A stretch of 32,000 nt of DNA from Ferroglobus placidus DSM 10642 (GTDB lineage Archaea > Halobacteriota > Archaeoglobi > Archaeoglobales > Archaeoglobaceae), in the NCBI RefSeq assembly GCF_000025505.1, contig NC_013849.1:1680001-1712000 (forward strand), in the 5' to 3' direction. Positions 1 to 9,157 of this stretch are shown here, piece after piece (position 1 is the stretch's first letter; every line of letters starts with the position of its first letter). The notes under the pieces are model-generated. The model was given only the letters and a program-made list of their open reading frames with translations. It searched no databases and was not told where the DNA came from. Both the position numbers and the translations under genes were made by a program.

Positions 1-45
1 GGCGTTTAAAAAAAGTTATATTTAGGGGGAGCAAATCCTCCTTAA

Positions 46-798
46 ATGATTATAGCGATCGCTTCGGGAAAGGGCGGAGTAGGTAAAACCACTGTATCCG
101 TAAATGCCGCCGTTCTTCTCTCCTTTCTCGGCAGAACAATTCTGGTTGACGGAGATGTGGCTTTACCTAACGTTCACGTGCATTTGAATTTTAATCCGTC
201 GGTGGCTCTTCCAGAGGTTTTGAAGGGAGAGGTTTCGCTTGAAGAAGCGATATACGAGATGCGGTTTAAAGTCGGAAAAAAAGAGACTACTCTCCACGTT
301 CTTCTTTCTTCAGGACCTCTCGAGAAAATTGAGCTCGACGGTTTTCCGGAGATTGTTAAAAAGCTCGAAAGAGATTACGATTTTGTTATAGTTGATGTTG
401 CCGCCGGATTGAACAAGTACGCTTTACTTCCACTCATGGCGTCCGAGAAAATATATGTTGTGGTGAATCCAGAAAGAGCGTCGATAGAGGACGGAAAGAA
501 AGTTACAATGGTTGCTTCCTCGATTGGTAAAGAGGTTAGTGGGGTCATCGTGAACAGGTATAGAGGCGAGAGAGATCTTGTCGAACTCGCACAGAAGGAA
601 ATCAGCGAAAATCTCGCTGGAATCGTAAGGGAGTCGAAACTCGTGAAAAAAGCATGGGAAATCGGTAAGCCGTTTGTGGTTGCTTTTCCATCCTCAGCAG
701 TTTCGAAGGATGTTGCGAAGCTTGCGAAAAACATAGCTGGAATAAAAACCGAAATTAAAAAGTACGGGAAGTTAAAGTACTTTCTGAGGCTGGCATGA
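46..798 (+). CDS. MinD/ParA-family P-loop ATPase (archaeal MinD-like)
   Basis: 250-aa ORF. Deviant Walker A 'IASGKGGVGKTT' at the N-terminus, 'LVDGD' switch region and Walker B-like 'DFVIVDVAAG'. The basic/hydrophobic C-terminal tail KKYGKLKYFLRLA resembles an amphipathic membrane-targeting helix. An AT-rich TATA-like run (tttaaaaaaa) lies ~35 nt upstream. Confidence 0.8.
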   Translation: MIIAIASGKGGVGKTTVSVNAAVLLSFLGRTILVDGDVALPNVHVHLNFNPSVALPEVLKGEVSLEEAIYEMRFKVGKKETTLHVLLSSGPLEKIELDGFPEIVKKLERDYDFVIVDVAAGLNKYALLPLMASEKIYVVVNPERASIEDGKKVTMVASSIGKEVSGVIVNRYRGERDLVELAQKEISENLAGIVRESKLVKKAWEIGKPFVVAFPSSAVSKDVAKLAKNIAGIKTEIKKYGKLKYFLRLA

Positions 799-998
799 AG
801 GAAAGTATAGATGTTTTGATGGAAGATGGAGAAGTTCCGGAACTAAAGGGCGGAAAAGTAGATGAGAAGAGAGTAGTTTCTTCAGTTGATCTCGAAGAAA
901 TAGTGTCTTCCGAGAACTCCTTTGTCGTCAGAGTTATAGACGTCCTTATAGTGCTTGTAGCGATTACCGTATTTTTACTATTGGCTGGAATTTTATAA
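795..998 (+). CDS. small tail-anchored membrane protein, translationally coupled to the MinD-like gene
   Basis: 67-aa ORF whose ATG overlaps the MinD stop (ATGA), with GAGG ~8 nt upstream. Acidic N-terminal half, then a single strongly hydrophobic C-terminal helix (VVRVIDVLIVLVAITVFLLLAGIL). No family recognised. Confidence 0.45.
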   Translation: MKESIDVLMEDGEVPELKGGKVDEKRVVSSVDLEEIVSSENSFVVRVIDVLIVLVAITVFLLLAGIL

Positions 999-1011
999 AA
1001 ATAAAAATAGT

Positions 1012-1968
1012 TTATCCCTTGATCTTCTGGAGCTTTTCGATCAGAACCGGGACTATCTCGAATAAGTCTCCGACTACTCCGTAGTGAGCAACTCCAAATA
1101 TCGGAGCCTCCGGGTCTTTGTTTATAGCAATTATTAGCTCGCTGTCTTTCATACCCATAACGTGCTGGAATGCACCGCTTATTCCTAAAGCCAAATACAG
1201 CTTTGGCTTTACGGTTTTTCCTGAGATTCCGACCTGCCTGTCCTTCGGCAGCCATCCGTTGTCTATTACCGGACGACTTCCGGCAACGACTCCTCCAAGA
1301 AGCTTAGCGAGCTCTTCAGCAAGCTCTATGTTGGATGCGTCTTCGATTCCCCTTCCCACTGAAACTATTATGTCAGCTTGGGAAATGTCCACTTCCCCAA
1401 CTTCAGGCTCGATAATTCCGACGAACTCTCTTCTTGGCGTTACTTTCGGTTTAATTCCGGCGTCAACGATTTCCCCATTCGTCTCTTCTCCCTCTTTGAA
1501 CACTCCCTGCCTGACGGTGAGGACGTAGCATTCGGCTTTTTTGAGCATTATATCTACCATCAGCTTCCCTTGGAATATGTACCTGCTTACCTTGATTCCG
1601 TCCTTCACATCAACTCCAACGACATCAGTGGCGATTGGAGCGTTTAGCTTCGAAGCCACGAGCGGAGCGAGCTCTGCTCCTCTCGAAGAGTTCGGGAACA
1701 AGATCAAATCCGGTTTTTCTTTCTCGAACAGCTGCAAGAGAACGTCAGCGTATAGCTCTGGATTGTAATTTTCCAAAGAATCGTCTTCTATCTTCCACAC
1801 AACGTCCGCATATTTGGCAAGCTCTTCCGCAAAGCTTCCAACGTCTTTGCCAATCACAACCGCTTCGCTTTTTCCGTCACCCTTCACAGAGTTCGCTAAG
1901 TTCAGCAGCTCGACGCTAACCGGATCGAGTTCTCCAAGTCTAATTTCGGCTACAGCAAAAACCCTCAT
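1012..1968 (-). CDS. etfA: electron transfer flavoprotein, alpha subunit
   Basis: 318 aa. C-terminal FAD-binding signature 'PKLYLALGISGAFQHVMGM' and full-length ETF-alpha-like sequence. ATGA overlap with the upstream etfB stop. Confidence 0.9.
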   Translation of the reverse strand: MRVFAVAEIRLGELDPVSVELLNLANSVKGDGKSEAVVIGKDVGSFAEELAKYADVVWKIEDDSLENYNPELYADVLLQLFEKEKPDLILFPNSSRGAELAPLVASKLNAPIATDVVGVDVKDGIKVSRYIFQGKLMVDIMLKKAECYVLTVRQGVFKEGEETNGEIVDAGIKPKVTPRREFVGIIEPEVGEVDISQADIIVSVGRGIEDASNIELAEELAKLLGGVVAGSRPVIDNGWLPKDRQVGISGKTVKPKLYLALGISGAFQHVMGMKDSELIIAINKDPEAPIFGVAHYGVVGDLFEIVPVLIEKLQKIKG

Positions 1969-2702
1969 AGCAACCCCCTCTCCTTAAGTATCTGAATAAT
2001 CTTGTCAGCAATTTCATCCGGAGATCCGGTAATCATCTCGGCTTTCTTTACCGGAGGATAGTACATTTTTTCAACTTCGTACACTCCTTCTGGAGCTGAA
2101 ACGCTGACTTCTTTAAGCTCTTTGCTTCTCGCCCTCTTAATCCCCATTATCGACACGTACCTCGGCTCGTTGATACCGCTCTGCACGGTGATTAAGCAAG
2201 GAGTGCTCAAAACAGCCTCCTCCTGATAACCTCCCTCAAGCTCCCTCGTCACTCTAATTTTTCCGTTCTCTACTTTCAGGGAAGTTACCGCCGTTGCGTA
2301 AGGAACGTTGAGCATTCCAGCAAGAAGAGTTCCGACCAGAGCGTTGTTGTAGTCTTGGCTCATCAAACCGGCTATTATCAGATCGAAACCCTCAGCCTCT
2401 ACCACTTCCTTTATCGCAGAAGCAGTTACAAAGGGGTCCATTCCCGCATCTATGGGAATCTTTATAGCTCTGTCCGCACCCATTGCCAAGCACTTCCTTA
2501 GAGTGTCGTCGCTCTTTCCAACCCCTACCACAACAACTTCTCCTCCCAAGTTCTCCTTGATCCTTATAGCCTCTTCGATAGCGTATCTGTCCCAGTCGTT
2601 TATGTCGAAAACCAAACCTCTTTCGTCGAGAGTTTTCTCGTCCTTGAGGTGGATTTCACTCTCCGGATCGGCTGCATGCTTTGCTAATACAATTATCTTC
2701 AC
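1965..2702 (-). CDS. etfB: electron transfer flavoprotein, beta subunit
   Basis: 245 aa. ETF-beta-like N-terminus 'MKIIVLAKHAADPE' and 'DLIIAGLMSQD'. GTG start preceded by GGAGGTGG. Sits directly upstream of etfA. Confidence 0.9.
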   Translation of the reverse strand: MKIIVLAKHAADPESEIHLKDEKTLDERGLVFDINDWDRYAIEEAIRIKENLGGEVVVVGVGKSDDTLRKCLAMGADRAIKIPIDAGMDPFVTASAIKEVVEAEGFDLIIAGLMSQDYNNALVGTLLAGMLNVPYATAVTSLKVENGKIRVTRELEGGYQEEAVLSTPCLITVQSGINEPRYVSIMGIKRARSKELKEVSVSAPEGVYEVEKMYYPPVKKAEMITGSPDEIADKIIQILKERGLL

Positions 2703-2769
2703 TTAACCACCTCCTGAGAGATTTTTGCAGGAAGTTTAATTATTTTTTCTAAAAAAATTAAATGATTGA

Positions 2770-4728
2770 TTATTTACCTTTGAACTTCGGCTCTCTCTTT
2801 TCGAAGAAGGCTGCAAACCCTTCTTGCACGTCTTCAGTTGAGGCGACAACGCCAAAGTAAGCCGACTCCAAAGCCTGTCCCGCTTCGACAGGCAGTTCGT
2901 ATCCGAAGTTTATAGCGTACTTCGCAAGTCTCAAAGCGATAGGAGCACCTTTGGCTAAAGTTCTTGCCAAGTTCATTACTTCCTCCCAGAACTTCTCCTG
3001 ATCTACAGCTTTGTGAACAAGCCCTATTTCTTCAGCTTCCTCAGCACCAAGCCTCTTAGCGAGCATTATGAGTTCCTTAGCCTTAGCAATCCCCACTATC
3101 TTAGCCATCCTCTGAGTTCCGCCCCAGCCGGGGATTATTCCTAAAGCTGTTTCCGTCAAACCGATCTGAGCTCCTTTTGCCATTATTCTGAAATCACACG
3201 CTAAAGCAAGCTCGCAACCTCCTCCGAAAGCGTATCCGTTTATCGCTGCTATAACCGGCTTCGAGAATTTTTCTATTGCCGTAAACGTCTGCTGACCCTT
3301 CATAGCGAGCATCATAGCTACAGCCGGTTTCAGCATATCCCCTTCGAGAGTTGCTTGCAGATCGAGTCCGGCTGAGAAAGCCCTTCCCTCTCCGGTGATG
3401 ATGAGAACCCTTACGCTTTCATCCTTTTCGAGCTCCTCCAGAGCTCTTACTATTTCGTCGAGGGTTTCTATCGTCAAAGCGTTGAGTCTGTGGGGTCTGT
3501 TTAGGACGAGCTTCGCAATTCCCTCTTCGACCTTCTCGACCTTTATGTTCATGTAAGCTGCTTTCTCGTAATTGTAAAAGCCTGCTCCAGCTTTCTTCCC
3601 AGTTTTTCCTTCAGCTACAAGCTTTTTCAGGTACTCTGAAGGCTTCAGAATTTCGTAACCTTTCTCCTTGTAAAGTTCCTCGACTTTAGCCAGAATGACG
3701 TCCAAGCCTATCTCGTCTCCGAGCTCGCAAGGACCTTTTGGCATGTTCGTTCCGAGTTTCATGGCTGTGTCGATTTCTTCAGCACTCGCAACGCCCATTT
3801 CAATTAGACTTGCGGCTATGTTCACCATAGGAGCTATGAGTCTTAAAGCATCGTACTTTCCAGCCGCCTCCTTCGGAATCTTCGGTCTTCCCTGCCTCCA
3901 GTCGTAGAAGCCCTTTCCAGTTTTCATACCAAGCTCCTTCGCTTTGAACTTCTCCTCAAGAAGCTTAGATTTCGGCACGATGTCCCACTGCTGGGTGGAG
4001 TAATACAGAATGTCCAGTCCTACGAAGTCGGAAAGTTCGATTGGACCCATGGGGAACTTGTAGTTGTAGAGCATAGTGGCGTCTATCTCCTCCTTAGTTG
4101 CTACGCCATTCTCAACATCCTGTATAGCCAAAACAAGATAAGGCACGAGACATCTATTTACGATAAATCCGGTAACGTCCTTTTTCACGACAACAGGGGT
4201 TTTTCCAAGGCTTTTTACGAATTCGACGGCAATCTTAACGGTTTCTTCGCTCGTGTACTCTCCCTTTATAACTTCAACGAGAGCCATCACCGGAACTGGA
4301 TTGAAGAAGTGCATACCAACGAATTTATCCGGTCTGTCCGTCGCTTTCGAAAGCTCGGTAATGCTCAATCCGGAAGTGTTAGTTGCGAGAATTGCTTTCT
4401 TGTTGTACTCACAGATTTCTTTGAAAACCTGCTTTTTGAGATCCATAACCTCAGGAACAGCCTCTATCACGAGATCTGCATCCTCCACAGCTTCTTTCAA
4501 GTCTGTGGTGAAGTGGAGCTTTGCTTCAATTTCCTTAAGCTTCGTTACGCTGATCTTTCCTTTATTTACAGCCTTTCTCAAATTCTTCTCGATCGTTTCT
4601 TTGGCTTTGTTCAGAATTTCCTCGCTTATGTCTCTAACCCAAACTTCGTAGCCAGCCATTGCACAAACCTGAGCTATTCCGCTCCCCATCGTTCCGGCTC
4701 CAACAACAGCCACCTTCTTAATTTCCAT
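2770..4728 (-). CDS. fused 3-hydroxyacyl-CoA dehydrogenase (N-terminal) / enoyl-CoA hydratase (C-terminal)
   Basis: 652 aa. N-terminal Rossmann motif 'VVGAGTMGSGIA'. C-terminal crotonase motifs 'FSAGLDL' and 'GGGCELALACDFRI'. The domain order is the reverse of E. coli FadB, as in archaeal homologs. Confidence 0.9.
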   Translation of the reverse strand: MEIKKVAVVGAGTMGSGIAQVCAMAGYEVWVRDISEEILNKAKETIEKNLRKAVNKGKISVTKLKEIEAKLHFTTDLKEAVEDADLVIEAVPEVMDLKKQVFKEICEYNKKAILATNTSGLSITELSKATDRPDKFVGMHFFNPVPVMALVEVIKGEYTSEETVKIAVEFVKSLGKTPVVVKKDVTGFIVNRCLVPYLVLAIQDVENGVATKEEIDATMLYNYKFPMGPIELSDFVGLDILYYSTQQWDIVPKSKLLEEKFKAKELGMKTGKGFYDWRQGRPKIPKEAAGKYDALRLIAPMVNIAASLIEMGVASAEEIDTAMKLGTNMPKGPCELGDEIGLDVILAKVEELYKEKGYEILKPSEYLKKLVAEGKTGKKAGAGFYNYEKAAYMNIKVEKVEEGIAKLVLNRPHRLNALTIETLDEIVRALEELEKDESVRVLIITGEGRAFSAGLDLQATLEGDMLKPAVAMMLAMKGQQTFTAIEKFSKPVIAAINGYAFGGGCELALACDFRIMAKGAQIGLTETALGIIPGWGGTQRMAKIVGIAKAKELIMLAKRLGAEEAEEIGLVHKAVDQEKFWEEVMNLARTLAKGAPIALRLAKYAINFGYELPVEAGQALESAYFGVVASTEDVQEGFAAFFEKREPKFKGK

Positions 4729-4732
4729 TTCA

Positions 4733-5242
4733 TCACCCCTCTATGGGAACGAGCTCATACATTAAATACCCTTCTTTTCTTCTCGATATCTCAACTCTAA
4801 CTCGCTGCCCCGGTTTAACTTTTCTCGGATCTCCCCTCAGCCAAGCAGTTATTCTTACTCCATCATCGAGTTTGGCTATAGCCACAGTGTAAGGGTCGTG
4901 CATCGCAAAGCTCGGAGGTCTGACGAAGACGACGGTGAGAGTTTCGAGCACTCCCTCTTTCTTCAGCTCAACCCACTCCATCTCGCTCACTCTGCAGTTC
5001 GGACAATCCTTTTGAGGAGGGAAAAACAGCTCGCCGCACCTCTTGCACTTAGTCGTTAAAAGCTTACCCTCCCTCATTCCTTCGAAGAAGGGAGCTATGT
5101 TTTCTATGCAGATCAAGTAGCTAAGCTCGAGCTTCCTCATGTCAACCCACTGCATCGCTCCTGTTTTCTCATCCAAAGCTACCGGAAATCCGTATTCCGC
5201 TATGTTTCTTTCAACAGCCTTTTTAAACTCCTCCACAACCAT
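4733..5242 (-). CDS. DUF35 OB-fold / zinc-ribbon acyl-CoA-associated protein (thiolase partner)
   Basis: Zn-ribbon 'CKRCGELFFPPQKDCPNC' followed by an OB-fold-like C-terminus. I chose the ATG at 5242 (MVVEEFKK...), which overlaps the thiolase stop as TGATG. The track ORF extension to 5314 runs into the thiolase gene. Confidence 0.8.
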   Translation of the reverse strand: MVVEEFKKAVERNIAEYGFPVALDEKTGAMQWVDMRKLELSYLICIENIAPFFEGMREGKLLTTKCKRCGELFFPPQKDCPNCRVSEMEWVELKKEGVLETLTVVFVRPPSFAMHDPYTVAIAKLDDGVRITAWLRGDPRKVKPGQRVRVEISRRKEGYLMYELVPIEG

Positions 5243-6420
5243 CACCTCTTCTCGAGGGAGTATATCGTAACGTAGCTGTAGTGACCCGTCCCACCGACGT
5301 TGTGAGTTAGCCACCTTCCGTTCTTGATTTCAGCCTGTCTGCCAGCTTCTGCCTTGCTCAAAAGCTGCTTGTAAGCTTCGACAGCCTGAGAAACTCCAGT
5401 AGCACCTATCGGATGACCCTTAGCTTTCAAACCGCCGTCCAGATTTACCGGAATTCTTCCACCTATGTAAGTTTGCTCGTTTCTTATCAGCTCAACCCCT
5501 TCTCCTCTCTTAGCGAATCTCAAATCCTCGTAGGCGATAATTTCTGCTGCGGTAAAGCAGTCGTGCACGTTTGCTCCGTCCAGCTGCTTGTAGGGAGCGT
5601 CCATATCGATTCCGGCTTTCTTGTAGGCAAGTTCAGCTGCAAAAGCGGCAGATTTAAGCGATGTGAACGTCTCTCTCTTGCTTAGATTTGCCGTTCCAGT
5701 CCCGACACCCTGACTGAGAATCCAAACCTTCTCCTCTATTCCCCACTCCTTAACCTTCTCCTCGCTCGCCAGAACAACAGCGGCTGCTCCGTCAGTTATC
5801 GGAGAACAGTCGTAGAGCTTAAATGGCCAGGCAATGTAAGGGGAATTCAAAGCTGTTTCGAGAGTTATTTCCTTCTGGAATTGAGCGTTCGGATTCTTGG
5901 CTCCGTAGTAGTGGTTTTTCACAGCCACCCTCGCAAAGTCTTCTTCGGTTGCATTGTACTTAGCCATGTAGGCTGTAGCATGTAAAGCGTAATAAGCCGG
6001 GAAGGTCAAGCCGAAGTTTTCGAATTCCCAGAAGTAACTTCCGAATCTACCAATAATTTCGATCACCGTCGGATTCGGAGATTCCTGCATTTTCTCCACA
6101 CCGAGAACGAGAACGACATCGGCTTCTCCACTCTCTATAGCGGTGTAACCAACTCTAATAGCTGCACTTCCAGTTGCACAAGCCGCCTCAACTCGCATGC
6201 TTCCTACTCCAAGCTTAGCGTATTCCGCCATCAGAGATGGGACTGCAGCTTCGCTACTCCACAAACCGGCTGTTCCGACAACGAAAAAGTCTATATCCTT
6301 CTGTTCAACGTTTGCCGAGTCAAAAGCCTGTTTCATTGCTTCCCAAGCGAGTTCCGGAACGTTAACGTCTCTTCTGTTTCCGAATTTGGTGTGTCCAACC
6401 CCAATAACAGCTACTGCCAT
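5242..6420 (-). CDS. thiolase (acetyl-CoA C-acyltransferase, archaeal SCP-x-like type)
   Basis: 392 aa. Active-site Cys context 'EAACATGSAAIR'; C-terminal 'GHPIGATG' and 'NVGGTG'. Followed by the DUF35 partner, the usual archaeal pairing. Confidence 0.85.
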   Translation of the reverse strand: MAVAVIGVGHTKFGNRRDVNVPELAWEAMKQAFDSANVEQKDIDFFVVGTAGLWSSEAAVPSLMAEYAKLGVGSMRVEAACATGSAAIRVGYTAIESGEADVVLVLGVEKMQESPNPTVIEIIGRFGSYFWEFENFGLTFPAYYALHATAYMAKYNATEEDFARVAVKNHYYGAKNPNAQFQKEITLETALNSPYIAWPFKLYDCSPITDGAAAVVLASEEKVKEWGIEEKVWILSQGVGTGTANLSKRETFTSLKSAAFAAELAYKKAGIDMDAPYKQLDGANVHDCFTAAEIIAYEDLRFAKRGEGVELIRNEQTYIGGRIPVNLDGGLKAKGHPIGATGVSQAVEAYKQLLSKAEAGRQAEIKNGRWLTHNVGGTGHYSYVTIYSLEKR

Positions 6421-6444
6421 ACAATTTCTTTCACGTTCTTTAAT

Positions 6445-6452
6445 TATATAAA
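6445..6452 (-). promoter_or_regulatory. candidate TATA box for the thiolase-DUF35-hbd operon
   Basis: The minus strand reads TTTATATA, centred ~28 nt upstream of the ATG at 6420. That spacing would give a leaderless or near-leaderless mRNA. Confidence 0.35.
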
Positions 6453-6610
6453 CTTTTTCCCGTTCTCGTGGCTTTATTTCTTGAATGGAGATCGAAAAAG
6501 TTAAATCTTCCTAAGATTTGTCATTATTTTTACGAAGTTTGGATTATGTGGTATAAATACCTTTCTTTCTCGAATTAAAGCCTAAAGAATTTTTATCTTC
6601 GCCAAAACAG

Positions 6611-6618
6611 TTTTATAC
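6611..6618 (+). promoter_or_regulatory. candidate TATA box for the acyl-CoA dehydrogenase gene
   Basis: TTTTATAC lies ~39 nt upstream of the ATG at 6654. The short predicted leader contains GAGGTGG. Confidence 0.3.
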
Positions 6619-6653
6619 TTCCTTAGATAGAATTGTATTTCAGAGGTGGTGGT

Positions 6654-7826
6654 ATGCCGATAAGTTTTCAGTTTACCGAGGAGCAGGAAGATATAAGAAG
6701 AGCTGCAAGAGAGTTTGCCGAGAAGGAGTTCACTCCGGAGCTTGCAAGAGAGTGTGACAGGGAAGAGAAGTTCCCCTTCGAGCTATGGAAGAAGTGTGCA
6801 AAACTCGGATTCCATGCCGTGGCGATTCCGGAAGAATACGGGGGAGGAGGATACGGACCGATAGAGCAAATGATAGTAATGGAGGAGTTTTCAGCCGTAA
6901 ACCCCGGCTTGGGATTGGCTTGCTTGATTCCGACCTTCGGAGTTGAGATACTTCTCCTCCACGGAAGTGAGGAGCAGAAGGAGAAGTACGTTACAAAAGT
7001 TGCGAAGGGAGATGCGATAATGGGTATGGCTAACACCGAGCCTGATGCAGGAAGCGATGCGGCAAGCATAAAAACCAGAGCTGTTAGGGACGGCGATGAA
7101 TGGGTTTTGAACGGAACTAAGCAGTTCATCTCGAACGGAAGTATTGCCGACTTCATCCTCGTTACGGCAAGAACCTCCGAGCCGAAGAGCTTCGAAGAGA
7201 GGCACAAGGGAATAAGTTACTTCATCGTTGAGACGGACAGAGAAGGTTACAAAGCCACGAAAATCACCGGGAAGATGGGTATTAGGGCAACCGATACAGC
7301 AGAGGTAAGCTTGAACAACGTTAGGGTTCCAGCTGAGAATCTGGTTGGAGAAGAAGGAAAAGGATTCTACTACATGATGGAGTTCTTCGACATAACGAGG
7401 GTTTGGGTGGCAGCTCAGGCTGTAGGAATAGCGAGGGGAGCATTAAAGCTCGTTGTCGATTACGTAAAGCAGAGAAAAGCTTTCGGAATGCCGCTGGCTG
7501 CTTTCCAGTACGTTCAGTTCAAGATAGCTGAGTTGGCGACGAAAATAGAGGCTGCGAGGACGCTAACTTACAGAGCTGCAGCCGTGCAAGTAGAGACAGG
7601 AAAGCCTGACAACACGCTTTCGGCAATGGCTAAGTGGTACGCAGGAGAGGTGGCTGTCGAGACGTGCAACTGGGCTTTGCAGTTCCACGGAGGTTACGGA
7701 TACATCGACGAATACCCGATAAACCAGTTCTACAGGGATGCGAAGATAACGGAGATCTACGAGGGAGCTAAGGAGATAGAGAAGCTGATAATAGCAAGAA
7801 ACATCTTCGGCTTTAAAGGAAGGTAA
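6654..7826 (+). CDS. acyl-CoA dehydrogenase
   Basis: ACAD motifs 'NTEPDAGSD' and 'QFHGGYGY'. Start placed at the ATG after GAGGTGGTGGT; the track start at 6633 is a non-ATG extension. Confidence 0.9.
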   Translation: MPISFQFTEEQEDIRRAAREFAEKEFTPELARECDREEKFPFELWKKCAKLGFHAVAIPEEYGGGGYGPIEQMIVMEEFSAVNPGLGLACLIPTFGVEILLLHGSEEQKEKYVTKVAKGDAIMGMANTEPDAGSDAASIKTRAVRDGDEWVLNGTKQFISNGSIADFILVTARTSEPKSFEERHKGISYFIVETDREGYKATKITGKMGIRATDTAEVSLNNVRVPAENLVGEEGKGFYYMMEFFDITRVWVAAQAVGIARGALKLVVDYVKQRKAFGMPLAAFQYVQFKIAELATKIEAARTLTYRAAAVQVETGKPDNTLSAMAKWYAGEVAVETCNWALQFHGGYGYIDEYPINQFYRDAKITEIYEGAKEIEKLIIARNIFGFKGR

Positions 7827-9116
7827 TCAAGAATTTTTCCTCAAATCCACAACTCTTTTTGCCTTTCCGCCCGTCCTTTCCAACTCTCCTTTTTTCACGA
7901 GCTCCACGTTAACCCTCACTCCAAGGTCGGATTTCAGAATCTCTTCGATTTTAGCTTTCAGTTTTTCCGAGTTGACTTTATCCTCCGGCACTTCTACTCT
8001 AACAGTTACGTTGTCGAGAGTTTTTCTGTCAACTACTATCTGGAATTCTCCGCAAACTTCTGGAATCTTCATCAAAGAGTGCTCAACCTGAGAAGGATAT
8101 ACGTTCACTCCTTTTACGACTACCATGTCATCAACTCTTCCACTTATTCTCGCTATTTTCGGATGAGTTCTTCCGCAAGAGCACTTTTCGTCGATTAAAA
8201 ACGTTATGTCTCCAGTTCTGTACCTCAAAATCGGCATGGCTTCTTTTGTAAGAGCCGTTAAAACGAGCTCCCCTTTTTCCCCCTCTCCAACCGGGTTTCC
8301 CTCTTCATCAACTATCTCAACGAGGTAGTGATCGATCCATATGTGCAAGCCGTTTTGCTCTTCACACTCAAAAGCAACCCCCGGACCGTTCATTTCGCTC
8401 AATCCGTAGCTGTCGAAAGCTTTTATTCCGAAAAATTCTTCGAGTCTTTTTCTCAGATTTTCGCTCCAAGGTTCAGCTCCGAAGCATCCGATTCTAAGTC
8501 TGCTCCCTTCAAAGTTTAGTCCCCACTCCTCAGAAACTTCCTTAATTCTGAGAGCGTAACTTGGCGTGCAATGAATAGCGGTCGTTCCTAAATCCATCAT
8601 GAGCTCCAGCTGTCTTCTCGTGTTCCCCACGCCGGCGGGGATTGTTGTTGCTCCTATTCTCTCGGCAGCGTAGTGAAAGCCCAGACCTCCGGTGAAGAGG
8701 CTGTAGTTTACCATGTTCTGAAAAACGTCGTCTTTTCTAACTCCCACCATGTAAAGGCATCTCGCCACAAGATTCGTCCAGTTTTCAAGGTCGTTTCTTG
8801 TATAGCCAACGACTTTCGGTTTTCCTGTTGTTCCGCTCGATGTGTGTATTCTCACAACTTCGCTTAAAGGCACAGCGAACAGACCGAAGGGATAATTTGA
8901 CGCGAAATCTTCCTTGGTTGTGAAAGGAAGCTTCTTAACGTCTTCGAGCTTTTTTATGTCGCTCGGATGAACTCCAAGCTCTTTCAATCTCCTTTTATAA
9001 AAGGCAACGTTTCGATAAGCGTGATTAACAACCCATTTCAACCTCTTCAGCTGCAATTCTTCAAGCTCCCTTCTTGGCATTATCTCCTCTTTTTGCCAAT
9101 AGTTGTCAAGTGGCAT
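7827..9116 (-). CDS. paaK: phenylacetate-CoA ligase family adenylate-forming enzyme (PaaK / F390 synthetase-like)
   Basis: 429 aa. AMP-binding loop 'TSSGTTGKPK' and family-typical N-terminus. Its stop codon directly abuts the ACAD stop on the opposite strand. Confidence 0.8.
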   Translation of the reverse strand: MPLDNYWQKEEIMPRRELEELQLKRLKWVVNHAYRNVAFYKRRLKELGVHPSDIKKLEDVKKLPFTTKEDFASNYPFGLFAVPLSEVVRIHTSSGTTGKPKVVGYTRNDLENWTNLVARCLYMVGVRKDDVFQNMVNYSLFTGGLGFHYAAERIGATTIPAGVGNTRRQLELMMDLGTTAIHCTPSYALRIKEVSEEWGLNFEGSRLRIGCFGAEPWSENLRKRLEEFFGIKAFDSYGLSEMNGPGVAFECEEQNGLHIWIDHYLVEIVDEEGNPVGEGEKGELVLTALTKEAMPILRYRTGDITFLIDEKCSCGRTHPKIARISGRVDDMVVVKGVNVYPSQVEHSLMKIPEVCGEFQIVVDRKTLDNVTVRVEVPEDKVNSEKLKAKIEEILKSDLGVRVNVELVKKGELERTGGKAKRVVDLRKNS

Positions 9117-9157
9117 GGTTGAGAGTAATGAAAGCGAAATTTAAAGACATCGCAAAA

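Noticed and set aside
375-1255. Antisense ORFs 375..734 and 755..1255 (119 and 166 aa) opposite the MinD-like gene and the small ORF.
   Set aside because: These are shadow ORFs on the strand opposite well-supported genes. Their products are low-complexity and Ser/Thr/Arg-rich with no motifs. The same applies to the other antisense or out-of-frame ORFs in the track, for example 1118..1528, 4253..4800, 6668..7207, 13291..14121, 15561..16317, 21441..22210, 27939..28358, 29104..29436 and 31320..31798.
4733-5314. The long forms of several track ORFs: 4733..5314, 6633..7826, 9957..11366, 14116..14868, 16154..17149, 18186..18407, 18423..19046 and 25499..27445.
   Set aside because: The 5' extensions use non-ATG codons or run into the upstream gene. 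Internal ATG/GTG starts give family-typical N-termini, ribosome-binding motifs or classic ATGA/GTGA/TGATG coupling, so the shorter coordinates were reported.
6548-6565. The inverted repeat GGTAT-AA-ATACC in the thiolase/ACAD divergent region, considered as a possible fatty-acid regulator operator.
   Set aside because: The arms are only 5 bp, it occurs once, and it contains a TATA-like core that explains it equally well. There is not enough evidence to call it an operator.
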